Under the pieces are notes generated by a model. The model saw nothing but the letters and a program-made list of their open reading frames with translations. It was not told where the DNA came from and did no database searches. A program made the translations under genes and the position numbers. DNA of 20,000 nucleotides from Moniliella sp. 'wahieum' (Eukaryota): the NCBI GenBank assembly GCA_003971905.1, contig RSEE01000117.1, positions 172,593 to 192,592 of the forward strand, written 5' to 3'. Below, piece by piece: positions 17,860-20,000 of this stretch; position 1 is the first letter of the stretch; every line of letters starts with the position of its first letter.

Positions 17860-20000
17860 TCAGCGCCCCCAGAGCGAGCTGAGCCAGCCCTTCTTCTGCG
17901 GCTGGGCCGCAGCATGCGACGCGACCGGCGACGTGGGGCCCTCATGCGCTTCGGCAAACTCATCGCCGCTATCGGCCGCCTCGGGCGCTTCGGCAAACTC
18001 TCTTCCTCCAGCTCCTCCTCCTCCACCGCAGAAGACCGCGAGGGGCCGGAAGGCGCGTGCGTCGTCTTGGGCTTGGCACCAGAGTGGCACGGAGGACGTT
18101 TGCTTCTGCTCTTGCGCTTGCACGCTGCGGCCTCGGCTTGCGCCTCGGCTTGCGCTTGCACATCCCCGGAACTTACTGGCAGCGGCGAGGAGGACGGGAT
18201 CAAACGTCACATAGCGCGCCGTTGTCGTGCGCAGCACTTCGCCCGAAAGCGAGTCGGTGAGCGCGCCGTGACCGACACTCGGCTCCACTCTCCCGTGCGG
18301 TGCGGAGCAAAGCGAGCTGGTAGACGCGTTTGGTGTGCTCCAAGTGGGCGAGACGCGCGTCGAGAATGGAAGGGTGGACGCGGGGCGGCAGCAGTGCATT
18401 TTCTTCCTCCACGCCCTGGGCCAGCGCCAGCGCATCCCCGGCCTGCTTGACAAAGCGCATCGAGTAGTCCAGCAGCACGATCGCCTGGGGCTCGGCTTGG
18501 ACGCGGCGTACGCCTCGGCCAAGTGGGCGGTGAGCGTGGCACGGCACAGGAACAGCTTGGCGTCCAGCAGCGACGACAGGTCCGCGTCGGCCTCGACCAG
18601 CTCGAGACTGGAGAGCGCCGCCAAGGAGCTCTCGATGCCCTCCTGCACCGGATCACACAGGGCAGCGCACGCGACCGACGACGCACGGCGCGCTCGTGCG
18701 CCACGGCGCGCAGACGCGCCATGCGCTCCGCCCCGCGCGTCTGCCGCACCTTTTTGTGCCCGACCGCGCCGGACGGCGGTGGAAGGGCTTGGGCTTCTTG
18801 GCGCGCTTCGAGGTGGCCCGCTTGGTCCGACGAGCGGTCGGGCGCGTGTGCGGCACCACCGACGCAGCACGCGCCTTGCGCTTGCCGCTCTTGCCGGGCC
18901 GCGCGTTTGCCCAGCTGGGCGCGACGCAGCTTGGGGCCCATCAGCGCTTCGCACGCCGTTGGCGCAGATGCGCATTGTGTTCCACCCGCGCGGCCAGGTG
19001 CGCGTTGCGCTGCACACGCAGCAGGCCCAACACAAACGCCAGGTACTCGTGGGCCTGCGCCAGCGGCGCCGTCGCCGCCGCATAGCGCGAACTGCGACCG
19101 CGCCAACGCTGCCTTTTCGTCCTGGACCAACTGCGACGCGAGCGTCTCTGCGTCGCCGGCAGCAGCCAGCGCACGGTCAAATGGATCCAGCTCCGTACGC
19201 GCCGTCGTCGCGCCGCCCCGGAACGGTGCGCTCCCGCCGCCTTGCGACGCGCATTGCGTTCGGCGTGCGTGTGTGCGCGATGCCAACCGGCGCAGGGCGG
19301 TTGGTGTCGGTTTGAGACTTGGCCTTGGACTTGGCCTTGGACTTGGCCGCTTGCTGGTCCTCATTTTCCTGCGCCAGCGCCACATCCAGCGCCTCGCGCT
19401 CCCGGTCCAGCGTTTGGATCGCAACGACCAGCTCGGGGTTGCGGATGGGGATGGTGTGTGCGCGGAAGGTGACTTGGGTCGGGCCACGGGAGTCGGCGCC
19501 GGCGTCTTGGATGCGGTGGGCGAGGGTGTGGTAGTGCGGCCGGAGCTTGTCCAGCGTAGCGTCATCCACCACCGCCGCTTCCACCACGTCCAAGTCCGCC
19601 TCGTCGATCTCGAGCTGGTACGCGGCTAGCGCATGCCGGGCTCGGCTTGGTCCAGGAAAGAATGCGCATACGCTTCGTCCTGTGACGGCGCATGGCCCGC
19701 GAGCAAGCTCAGCGTCTTCCTCGCCACCGCGTACTCGGCCACCCCGCCGCGTACCGCTCCGCATCCAACGACGCCGACGCCTGGATCAGGTTGGTGTACG
19801 CGCCCACCTCGAGCTGCGAGCGCGCATCCAGCGCATCCGTCTCGCCAGCGCGGCGGCGGCAGCTTGCAGGTACTTGGCCCACTGCACTGCGCGCTTGGCG
19901 CGCGCAGCGAGCTGCTTGGCGCTGACCGTTGGCCCTGCGCCTGCTCCGCCTTGAGCGCCTGCGCATGCGCCCAGTGCCGCTCCGCCTCAAACAGGAACAG
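17860..20000 (-). CDS. SRP68: Signal recognition particle subunit SRP68; partial (5' end beyond window), frameshifted
   Basis: Minus-strand pieces: LFLFEAERHWAHAQALK..RAKRAVQWAKYL..DARSQLEVGAY..AAYQLE..VTFRAHTIPIRNPELV..AHEYLAFVLGLLRVQRN..ELVEADADLSSLLDAK..RYVTFD..QPQKKGWLSSLWGR-stop. These match the SRP68 N-terminal RNA-binding helices (AERAW) and the typical fungal KKGW..G C-terminus. Confidence 0.9.

Noticed and set aside
9054..20000. HAC1 and SRP68 proximity as an ER-function gene cluster
   Set aside because: Only two genes, separated by an unrelated gene; no evidence without synteny data.

Overview
Eukaryotic, GC-rich, intron-poor fungal DNA. It is most consistent with a basidiomycete of the Ustilaginomycotina, inferred from the Cib1-type bZIP and the gene architecture. 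Nearly every gene is broken by single-base indels, so the ORF track is fragmented; this looks like an unpolished long-read assembly. Six genes can be reconstructed. In order: the 5' part of the XPF/Rad1 NER endonuclease (-, runs off the left edge); a cytosolic-type aspartate aminotransferase with an N-terminal PTS2-like nonapeptide (-); an uncharacterised fungal multi-pass membrane protein with two introns (-); a divergently transcribed HAC1/Cib1-type bZIP UPR regulator (+); a very long polyQ/poly(QA) protein with an ARID domain and a possible Gal11/Med15-like helical domain (+); and SRP68 (-, runs off the right edge). The clearest hidden structure is a complete Ire1-type bifurcated stem-loop in the bZIP mRNA (9852-9909). 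It predicts a 19-nt non-spliceosomal intron with a perfect 10-bp exon-exon 'zipper', and two UPRE-like motifs lie upstream of the gene. There are several microsatellites and two lower-GC unexplained intergenic blocks. No rRNA, tRNA, CRISPR array or recognisable transposon was found.
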